Virus record (IMG/VR): IMGVR_UViG_3300042269_000088
Source of the DNA: a virus
DNA: 39,729 nt
Reading direction: 5' to 3' (one strand)
The translations under genes and the position numbers were made by a program. Below the pieces are notes generated by a model. That model searched no databases. It was not told the DNA's origin and was given only the letters and a program-made list of their open reading frames with translations. This document shows, one piece after another, positions 31,448 through 38,810 of the stretch. Each line of letters opens with the position of its first letter. Within the stretch, counting starts at the first letter, position 1.

Positions 31448-33301
31448 TCAGTATCCGTTAATTAGTGTTATCGGGTTGATCTCAAGTGATAACGTGTACG
31501 TATTTTCTACAGGCACATCAAGATTATCCGTATACTCTTCTGGGGTCTCTGCTACTTTTATCTCAAACGCCTTGTCTTCCGTTCTATATTCGACATCGGT
31601 ATCAATCTGTACATCAGCAACAGGCTTTGCAGGGGCGGTTGGTGCAGCCCAGTTATCAACCGCAACCACATCTGTATCCATGTAACTAATAGATGTTCGT
31701 ATTTTGGTCTCGCGTAAACCGTCCGCTATTGTATATTCGAGTCCTGTACACTGCCCGACAGTCTGAACAATACGATTATTGTGCTCAACAACATCGCCTA
31801 TGTCCAACGGCTGTATTCTGTGTAGTTTCGACTCAACATAGTTTTTACGATGCGCCGCGATAATCTGCTTGCTGCCGATACGGTATGCGCACTCAAATGC
31901 GAGCGATAAATCCTGCCTACGATTATCGGCAAGTTCTTTCTGTGCCGCTATTGCCGATGCAAGCTGCTGCGACGTGGGCTCAGACACACTAGGCACGCTT
32001 GATGCTAGGCGGCTAAATGGGAGTTTTGGAGTTACTTTAAAGTCGTTCTCCCATCCGGAGCGTTCGTACTCCGTGTCAATTGCATAACGCTGTTGTGTAC
32101 CTTCAATCGTTTCACCATATGCATCGACTGACTGCGGTGCAGTGATAACCATTGTGTATTTTTCGCTGACAGGCTGCGCCACGCGGCGCTCCATCTTGGC
32201 TCTAAAGCCTTGCGCCCATAGGTCTTTAACAGGCCAGAGATTATCAATGACAATACCGTTTGATCCAAACGGAGCCTCGGCCTTCTCTAATGGATACAGC
32301 GCATAAGACACAGCCTCAAATGGACTATAGGTATCCATCTGATTAAGTAGGTAATCGCGTCGAAACGCGCTCCAGTCTACATTCTCGACTCGACCGTATG
32401 CCGAGTCGTATGCACTGATTGTAAATTTTCTCGGCTTGTACGCGTCAATCGTTGTGCCTACGCGTCTTAGTAATGAGTACCGGTAGTCAAGCTCAATTTT
32501 TATACTGTTGATGATACTAGATCGCGTCTGGAACTCAGTCGTCAGATCGTTATACGACACATCCGTATCAGTCAGCGTCAGGTCTACCGGCTTACTGCCA
32601 ACAACCCAAGAGTGATAGCGCAGATCACCTGAGCGGGTGTAGCCCAGACTGCCGGATACTGTCTTCATCAGCTCGGTAACGTACTCCCGCCCGCTCGCGT
32701 CTTCACGCTGCGTGACTGTGCTGTACAGGCCGTCTGTGAGCTGCTTCAGGGCTTGGCCATCTTCGCGTCCTAGTTGCTCATCACGCAGATCAGTCGCCCG
32801 AATATCAATACCGCCCCGCGCACGGTCATGCCGAGCTGTCTCAATCCAGCCGGTGAACAGAGGAATGATCTCGCTGTTGATGTCGTTCGGGTCAGTGTGG
32901 GTTTCGATGCGGATAGACTTGCCGTGAAATGACGGGATATTGACCTTAGTGCCCATCTCCACAAACATGAACACTGCCGCCGTGGCGGATTGATCTTCGT
33001 TGAACGTGATCCTTACGGTGTCGAGTGCTGTCATGCCGGTAACATCCACGCCATTGATGACGACGTAGGCGGCGGGTGGTCTTGGTGCAGGCTGAGTTGC
33101 GTCGATGACGCGCTGCTGGACAACAACTAGCTTTCGTGCCTTGTCGATCTGCTGTACCGACTGACCCAGAGTTATCAGCGCGGCGGCTGGATCTACCAGT
33201 CGTACCTGTTGAGACAGCACAACTGGCTGACTCTCAGCCGACAGAATGCCGTACTGCCCTGCTATGATTGACGCGCCTGGTACTCTGGAGCCAATCGCCA
33301 T
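31448..33301 (-). CDS. Distal tail / hub protein (617 aa)
   Basis: Largest gene after the tape measure. ATG at 33301 lies one nt after the upstream stop. Confidence 0.55.
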   Translation of the reverse strand: MAIGSRVPGASIIAGQYGILSAESQPVVLSQQVRLVDPAAALITLGQSVQQIDKARKLVVVQQRVIDATQPAPRPPAAYVVINGVDVTGMTALDTVRITFNEDQSATAAVFMFVEMGTKVNIPSFHGKSIRIETHTDPNDINSEIIPLFTGWIETARHDRARGGIDIRATDLRDEQLGREDGQALKQLTDGLYSTVTQREDASGREYVTELMKTVSGSLGYTRSGDLRYHSWVVGSKPVDLTLTDTDVSYNDLTTEFQTRSSIINSIKIELDYRYSLLRRVGTTIDAYKPRKFTISAYDSAYGRVENVDWSAFRRDYLLNQMDTYSPFEAVSYALYPLEKAEAPFGSNGIVIDNLWPVKDLWAQGFRAKMERRVAQPVSEKYTMVITAPQSVDAYGETIEGTQQRYAIDTEYERSGWENDFKVTPKLPFSRLASSVPSVSEPTSQQLASAIAAQKELADNRRQDLSLAFECAYRIGSKQIIAAHRKNYVESKLHRIQPLDIGDVVEHNNRIVQTVGQCTGLEYTIADGLRETKIRTSISYMDTDVVAVDNWAAPTAPAKPVADVQIDTDVEYRTEDKAFEIKVAETPEEYTDNLDVPVENTYTLSLEINPITLINGY

Positions 33302-33302
33302 T

Positions 33303-33737
33303 TTAAGCCCCTGTTGCCACGATGACGGTTTCCGGCTTTGCGATACCAAGCTCTACAGACGTACCGGCTGTTGTTACCGCGTTGGTGACACTGATATGTA
33401 TCTCGGTGCGGCCTGATACGCCGGACGTCAACGCCGTGCCAAGCGATAGCGCAGCGCCTGCAACGGCGGTATCAAGCCCCGCTGCTGACGTCGCCAGCTT
33501 GATCTCAGTCGCCTCATGGCCGCTGCCAGTGTTGGTGTCGGTGATCGTCAGGTTGATATTGCCGCCTGCTGCCATTCTCATCTGATACGATCCGTTGTCC
33601 ACAGGGTCCAGCTCTACATCGGCGTAATACAGCACCCGGCCCTGAGGGTTATCGCTAAAATCCGAGTTGTGGACGAACGACAGCGTACCGCCGAACAAGG
33701 TCGTGCAAGTCGCATCAGTGTAAAGTCTCCACGCCAT
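33303..33737 (-). CDS. Minor tail protein (144 aa)
   Basis: Position. Beta-rich T/S/G/A sequence. Confidence 0.45.
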   Translation of the reverse strand: MAWRLYTDATCTTLFGGTLSFVHNSDFSDNPQGRVLYYADVELDPVDNGSYQMRMAAGGNINLTITDTNTGSGHEATEIKLATSAAGLDTAVAGAALSLGTALTSGVSGRTEIHISVTNAVTTAGTSVELGIAKPETVIVATGA

Positions 33738-33961
33738 TACTCATCCCCTCCGGCTGCTAGTTCATTGTGTAATTCTATCAGGTTTTGCTCTGTCATAGCT
33801 TGCCATTTACCTTGCGGACAGCGAGCACCCATGATGCGCGTCTTGGCATCCATGAAGCAGCCGCAATCAGGGCAGCGGCGCAGCTTTGTCAGGCCGCATT
33901 CTTCGCAAATGGCAATGCGGGCTTTCTGTACCAGGTTCTTAATCGGTTTCAGCTCATTCAT
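33737..33961 (-). CDS. Small Cys-rich (zinc-binding-like) protein in the tail module
   Basis: CEEC-x7-CPDCGC-x12-C. Overlaps both neighbouring genes. Confidence 0.5.
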   Translation of the reverse strand: MNELKPIKNLVQKARIAICEECGLTKLRRCPDCGCFMDAKTRIMGARCPQGKWQAMTEQNLIELHNELAAGGDE

Positions 33962-35673
33962 ACGGCAGTGCTCACTGATTGTAGGGTTGATGCCAGCTTG
34001 CTCAGAAACGCTGTGTCGCCGGTGACTTCGCCGCTGGTTTCGCCGCTGTCCGACTTTACAGTGATAGTGATAGACCCGATGGACTTACCATCTCCGCTTG
34101 TTAGCTCCTGAGCGGCTTCTTTCATCCCCTCCTTGGATTTGTCGCCGAGGCGGGATAGCATGGCCTCCATTTGTTCGCGCATCTTCTCTGTGTCGTAACC
34201 GCCAGCGGCTTCAGTTTGAGCGATAATAGTACGCGCCGCTCGCTCGAAAGACTCAGCGGCACTCTTACTTTGCTGCCCCGTGCCAGCGATGGTCCGGAAT
34301 CGATTAATCAATATGTCAAATGCCGCGCTATCTTTTCCGCCAGCGGTTGTTTCGCGGACGGCGTCTGGGCGTCCGGATGAACCGGCTGTTGCAGCCTTCC
34401 CGCCGGTCAAACCCTTGCCAAAGTTGGTCAGCGCCTCGGTGTTGCGCTTGGTTTGTTCGGTGCCCTTTTTTGTTTCGTCAGCCAGCTTGTCCTCAGCCGA
34501 GCGGCTCTCATTGATCCGCTGGCGCAACTCTTCGATCTGCTGGCTGACAACGTCAGTCCATCCGCCTTGGCCTTGTAGCTGTTCGAGTGCTTTGATGTCC
34601 TCATCCAGCATATTGCGCGTGCCTTCAAGGTTTTTCTCGAACGACTGAACAGCTGTGTCGCTGAAATTTACGCCAAACTTTTGCGCCCATACCGAAGGAG
34701 TGAAGAAATTAAGCACCTCAGCCGCAGACTCACCGGCTCCGATAATTGCCTTCTGTATTTTTTTCCAGCCTATCTCGATATTGCCCAATGCTTTTACAAA
34801 CTGGCCGATCCCGCGCAAGCCAGCGTCAACAAAATTGAGAACCCAATGGCTCACAACCTTTGCTGCTTCAGATGCTCCGCCCATCTGCTTGATCCAGTCG
34901 ACCACCTTATCAATCATGAGCTGCAAAGCTGGCGCAACGGTCGCAGTAACGTGGTTTCGGATACCATCAAATATCTGAGCGAGCTTTGATCGACTGTCGT
35001 TAAATGCTTCAACTGCTGCGGCTTGTGATCGTGTGAGCGATAGGCCAAGTTCGTCAAACTCTGAGCGCAAGGCCTCAAGGTTTGCGGCCATTGTATTAAC
35101 AAGGCCCACACCTTCCGTATCGAATATCTGCATAGCGAGGCGCACTTTGTCGCCCTGATTACCGATATTCGCCATAGCACGAGCGATAGCCTGGAACTGC
35201 TGATCTGGCGACATCGCATTGAGCTGCGATGCGCTCAGGCCAAGCTCTTCAAGCGCATTCTTTGCCGCCCCCGTCCCTTGAGCCGCTTCAGCAACCCGTC
35301 GGGTCATTCGCTGCAAGCCTGTATCAAGGCTCTGCATAGACACGCCGGTCTGATCCGCAGCGAACCTCAGGAATTGCAATTCGTTGACAGCGATGCCCAA
35401 CTTATCTGCGTGCTTGGCAAGTTGGTCGATAGCAGTAGCCGAGCGAGTTATTGCAACCGATATACCCGCAAGCGATAACCCATAAGCGGCCAATGCGCCC
35501 ATGGCTGCTTTGACCACGCCCCCGAGCGCACCAAACACCGCTCGGACTCGGTCAGTCTGCCGCTTGGCCGCATCTGCAAAACGAGTAACAGATTGGCGAG
35601 CGTCGGCCATGCCCTTTTTAAACGCCGCTGTTTGCGCTTGCAGCTTTACGACAAGATTGCCGATGTTCGCCAT
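33958..35673 (-). CDS. Tail tape measure protein
   Basis: 571 aa, Ala/Gly/Gln-rich and helical. Directly downstream of the G/T chaperone pair. Confidence 0.8.
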   Translation of the reverse strand: MANIGNLVVKLQAQTAAFKKGMADARQSVTRFADAAKRQTDRVRAVFGALGGVVKAAMGALAAYGLSLAGISVAITRSATAIDQLAKHADKLGIAVNELQFLRFAADQTGVSMQSLDTGLQRMTRRVAEAAQGTGAAKNALEELGLSASQLNAMSPDQQFQAIARAMANIGNQGDKVRLAMQIFDTEGVGLVNTMAANLEALRSEFDELGLSLTRSQAAAVEAFNDSRSKLAQIFDGIRNHVTATVAPALQLMIDKVVDWIKQMGGASEAAKVVSHWVLNFVDAGLRGIGQFVKALGNIEIGWKKIQKAIIGAGESAAEVLNFFTPSVWAQKFGVNFSDTAVQSFEKNLEGTRNMLDEDIKALEQLQGQGGWTDVVSQQIEELRQRINESRSAEDKLADETKKGTEQTKRNTEALTNFGKGLTGGKAATAGSSGRPDAVRETTAGGKDSAAFDILINRFRTIAGTGQQSKSAAESFERAARTIIAQTEAAGGYDTEKMREQMEAMLSRLGDKSKEGMKEAAQELTSGDGKSIGSITITVKSDSGETSGEVTGDTAFLSKLASTLQSVSTAV

Positions 35674-35677
35674 GTTG

Positions 35678-36240
35678 TTACCCTCCGAAAAGCCGTGCGG
35701 CCTTCTCTGCGTCGCTCATGTTGCGCGACTGCTCAATTTGCCGTTCTATCTCTTGGCGTTGCCGCCACTTTTCATCCCGCGTCCGATCCAGTGCTGTCAG
35801 CTGTATGATGTCCCACTTTGTCGCCCGCTGCCTGAATTCGCTTGGAAGCATTTTGAGCTTTTCAGCAAGGGCCACCGACAGCAGTGCCACCGGATCGGCC
35901 ATCAGTTTTTTGCTTCGGCCTCGATCTCTTCATCTGAGATACCGTTCAGCTTGTTACCTTCGGCGGTGATGCGCATAAGCGTCTTAGCCGGAAGGTCTGC
36001 CAGCTCTTGGTAGTCGTCAAACATGCGAGCGCCGGTATCATCGGCAATCAGGTAGGCGGCATACAGCAGTGTGGCATCTTCGCCGCTCATGCCGTCTGAC
36101 TCTTGAGCGAATTGGTTCGATTCGCGCATCGATAGCAAGCGCAGGCCAACTTCGCCGCCCAGCTCCTCAACATGGACGGAGCCGCCGTTCGCATTGCGTG
36201 CCTTCAGAATCTGGTCTTTCGTCAATCGTGCCATGGTCAA
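35678..36240 (-). CDS. Tail assembly chaperone G-T fusion made by -1 programmed frameshift (about 187 aa)
   Basis: The -1 frame after A_AAA_AAC reads CTG ATG GCC..., which is the frame of ORF 35678..35902. Confidence 0.7.
35902..36240 (-). CDS. Tail assembly chaperone G (112 aa)
   Basis: Lies between the major tail and tape-measure genes. Ends in GCA AAA AAC TGA. Confidence 0.75.
   Translation of the reverse strand: MTMARLTKDQILKARNANGGSVHVEELGGEVGLRLLSMRESNQFAQESDGMSGEDATLLYAAYLIADDTGARMFDDYQELADLPAKTLMRITAEGNKLNGISDEEIEAEAKN
35905..35911 (-). other. -1 ribosomal slippery heptamer A_AAA_AAC
   Basis: Plus strand reads gtttttt. Zero-frame codons are GCA|AAA|AAC, then TGA. Confidence 0.75.
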
Positions 36241-36252
36241 TCCTTATAAGGT

Positions 36253-36270
36253 AAAAGGGGCCGAAGCCCC
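36253..36270 (-). terminator. Terminator / attenuator after the major tail gene
   Basis: Reverse complement: GGGGC-ttcg-GCCCC-tttt. Confidence 0.7.
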
Positions 36271-36275
36271 AGACG

Positions 36276-36689
36276 TTACGGTGTGCGAGTGATCGCGCCG
36301 GTGATGCGGACAGACCAAGTGCGAGTCAGGTCAGTATCAACACCAACTTCAATCGGCGATTCTGTCAGCAGGCCGTTGAATGTGTGAACCTCGCCGTTGC
36401 TGAACGTCACAGTCCATTCACGGGTCGGTGCTTCGGTTGCGGCTTCCTGCAACAGCAGCTCAGCCTGACCAGCATCGGTTGGATCATAGAACGTGGTGAT
36501 AGTGAACACACCGTTGTCCTTGAGGCCGTAGCCCCATTCTTTTGCAGTGCTGGCAAGCGTAGTGCGGTCACGTTCGGTGCGAGTACCAGGCGCGAAGGTT
36601 CCGATGCTTTGAACCTGCCCGATAGTCTGCGCCGCATTAAGCGAATCAGCGCATGTAATCACAGTGCCCTGTGCGTCAATGTAAGCCAT
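36276..36689 (-). CDS. Major tail (tube) protein
   Basis: 137 aa. Has its own extended -10 promoter and a strong terminator. Precedes the chaperone pair. Confidence 0.7.
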   Translation of the reverse strand: MAYIDAQGTVITCADSLNAAQTIGQVQSIGTFAPGTRTERDRTTLASTAKEWGYGLKDNGVFTITTFYDPTDAGQAELLLQEAATEAPTREWTVTFSNGEVHTFNGLLTESPIEVGVDTDLTRTWSVRITGAITRTP

Positions 36690-36747
36690 TTTTGAGAGTC
36701 CTCAAATTTGAGTTGAAAAGGTCTGTCAGACAAAACCATTATAACAC

Positions 36748-36756
36748 AAACTTGAT
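36748..36756 (-). promoter_or_regulatory. Extended -10 promoter (TGTTATAAT) upstream of the major tail gene
   Basis: Reverse complement tttgtgttataatgg. Confidence 0.5.
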
Positions 36757-36775
36757 TTCCCAAAAATTTCGATTG

Positions 36776-37168
36776 TCAGCGCGTATGATGCACCCTGTAC
36801 TCAATCGACACCGGAACCATAAGCCAAGACTCTTCCCGCATGGGCTGGCCTACACTGATTGAGCGGATGCGCAAGCCGGACAGATCACGATCAGCAGCGA
36901 AGTGGTCTGCAATTACATCAGCCTGCACCAGTGCTGCACCAGTGCCTTTATCCAGCGGTGCAAATACGATCACCTGGTACACCCCGATATGCTCCTCACT
37001 GCCATGAATGGTTTCAAGTGCGCTATCGGCTGGCAGCAGGTCGGGGCGAATCCACAACGTGCCAGTAGTAGGCGTGAACGGCACGTTGGGCCATGCCGTA
37101 GGTGGCAGCGAGGACAGTTGCGCCAATCGGCTGTTAAGGGTGTTCATGATGGTGGATGCGATGGTCAT
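36776..37168 (-). CDS. Tail terminator / completion protein (DUF4128-like)
   Basis: WPNVPFTP...GVYQVIVFAP pattern and position. Confidence 0.55.
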   Translation of the reverse strand: MTIASTIMNTLNSRLAQLSSLPPTAWPNVPFTPTTGTLWIRPDLLPADSALETIHGSEEHIGVYQVIVFAPLDKGTGAALVQADVIADHFAADRDLSGLRIRSISVGQPMREESWLMVPVSIEYRVHHTR

Positions 37169-37659
37169 ATCTGATTGTCTCTTGCTGCTTGATTCAGTGC
37201 GCGTTCAAATTCTGACAGCGTGACTCGCGCCATGCCGGAAGGCGCTTGCTTGGAGTAACCGCCAACAGTCTTAGGGCCGTCTCCCCACTCTCCGAACTCG
37301 GCAGTCTGCGCGTAAGGTAGGTTGTTGTGGATCGCAATATACCCGTGCTTCGAAGCGTTGAACCCATTCACCTTGGACTCTTCGGCACTGGCGTTGGACT
37401 GGCTATATCGGCCAAGCGGTGTGTCGTCAGTGCGGTTCTTCTCGCCACCGGCAACGCTGTTGATTGATATTTGCCAGTTGCCCTTCAGCCGCCCTGTGTC
37501 GACAGGCGTACGCTTGACTATGCCGGTATAGAGCTGCATGGCGGTACTGGCTATAGCATCACTCATACTGATCTCGGTAGTCTCAACCCAACGATCAAAC
37601 GCCGCCATGAACTCGCTGGTGTTGATCTCAGACACGGCCCTGCACCACGTAGACCACAT
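37165..37659 (-). CDS. HK97 gp10-like head-tail joining protein (true start probably GTG 37635 or ATG 37608)
   Basis: RTPVDTGRLKGNW motif. Confidence 0.6.
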   Translation of the reverse strand: MWSTWCRAVSEINTSEFMAAFDRWVETTEISMSDAIASTAMQLYTGIVKRTPVDTGRLKGNWQISINSVAGGEKNRTDDTPLGRYSQSNASAEESKVNGFNASKHGYIAIHNNLPYAQTAEFGEWGDGPKTVGGYSKQAPSGMARVTLSEFERALNQAARDNQI

Positions 37660-37972
37660 CCGCCCCGGACATCCGCACCGGATAAAAGTCCATGATGCGA
37701 TAGACGACAGAATCCATCGTCACGGTATCCCCAACAGCCGGACGGGTAGCCAATTTGGACAGGGTCAGCTTAACATCGCCCTGCTTCACCACCGTGCCAT
37801 CAATCTCAAAACTGTTGTACTGGTCCGGTGCAGCATAGCCGCTCTGCGTGGTCGTAGTGCCAGCGCCCACTGTGCCGGTAGCCGGATCGAACGCGCCTTC
37901 GGCGGTACTGGTCACGGTGCAGGGTTCGCCTAGCTTGGCAATAACCTTGCGCATATTGTCAGACATCGCCAT
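37628..37972 (-). CDS. Head closure protein
   Basis: Size and position in the connector block. Confidence 0.5.
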   Translation of the reverse strand: MAMSDNMRKVIAKLGEPCTVTSTAEGAFDPATGTVGAGTTTTQSGYAAPDQYNSFEIDGTVVKQGDVKLTLSKLATRPAVGDTVTMDSVVYRIMDFYPVRMSGADVVYVVQGRV

Positions 37973-38035
37973 CAGTGCAAAATCTCCACATAAAACAGCG
38001 GCACATACACTTGTGCGCCTATGATGCCGGTCATG

Positions 38036-38464
38036 TTACGCCCTCGTGACGTTAAACGTACTGCCGCCCGCGCCCGCCAAGAACGGACGCAAAAGCGCAT
38101 CCAATCGGCGGTTGAGCGTCGCGCTGGTGCCGCCATCGGTGTACTCAATTTCGACCGGCCCCGCCTTTTCGCGCTTAACGCCGCTGGTCAGCGCACCGAG
38201 TGGATCGTTACCGGTATCAACGGCCAGAGCGGCTTCGTATTCAGCGTTTACGATCTGCGCCGGTACTAAATCGGATGCCAACAAAAAGCCGTCCATGTAG
38301 ACGCCTGTTCGCGGCCAGCGTGCATCTGCCGATACAGCAGTGCCCTTGTAGCTCTGCGCCTCAATGTAGTCATGCGCCAGCGCCAGCAGTGCAGATGCCG
38401 TGCCGGTCAGCGTAATGCCGCGCTCGGCAGCGTAGTCGGTTAGACCTTGTGGTGTGCCGTACAT
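38036..38464 (-). CDS. Head-tail adaptor (DnaT_2-like)
   Basis: YAAERGITL...ARWPRTGVY pattern and position. Confidence 0.5.
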   Translation of the reverse strand: MYGTPQGLTDYAAERGITLTGTASALLALAHDYIEAQSYKGTAVSADARWPRTGVYMDGFLLASDLVPAQIVNAEYEAALAVDTGNDPLGALTSGVKREKAGPVEIEYTDGGTSATLNRRLDALLRPFLAGAGGSTFNVTRA

Positions 38465-38498
38465 TTAGAACCCCTCAGAATCATCAGCCGCCGCCTTC

Positions 38499-38705
38499 TT
38501 ACGCTTCTTCCTGCGCATCTGTAGATGATGCACCTGAAACGCCATGCTCTGAGTCGGTGCGAACTGATTTTCGGCGGCCTCGTTTTGGTTTTTCTTCGGT
38601 GCTGTTGCCATTGGTATCACCTGCTTTCTGCTGGCGCTTGATGCGCATCATAGTCTCAAAATCTACGGGTTGGCCTACTTCAAGACCATCTCTGTTCAGT
38701 GCCAT
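38499..38705 (-). CDS. Small basic protein (68 aa)
   Basis: GAGGAGG SD. Lies after the capsid terminator and an extended -10 promoter. Confidence 0.55.
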   Translation of the reverse strand: MALNRDGLEVGQPVDFETMMRIKRQQKAGDTNGNSTEEKPKRGRRKSVRTDSEHGVSGASSTDAQEEA

Positions 38706-38729
38706 TATGTAGCCTCCTCGGTTTTAACC

Positions 38730-38738
38730 ATTATACCA
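38730..38738 (-). promoter_or_regulatory. Extended -10 promoter (TGGTATAAT), late module
   Basis: Reverse complement ggtgtggtataatgg, 24 nt upstream of the ATG at 38705. Confidence 0.5.
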
Positions 38739-38765
38739 CACCAATGATTCTTCGGAAACCCAATA

Positions 38766-38795
38766 CAAAAAAGCCCCACATGAGCGGGGCTTTTG
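38766..38795 (-). terminator. Rho-independent terminator after the capsid gene
   Basis: Reverse complement: aaaAGCCCCgctcatgtGGGGCTttttttg. Confidence 0.8.
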
Positions 38796-38810
38796 TTTCT
38801 GATCGTTGGA

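Noticed and set aside
33958-36689. Assignment to the PhiVC8/VP2-type podoviruses on the basis of genome size (about 39.5 kb) plus purZ
   Set aside because: The tube protein, the G/G-T frameshift pair and the 571-aa tape measure indicate a long non-contractile tail.
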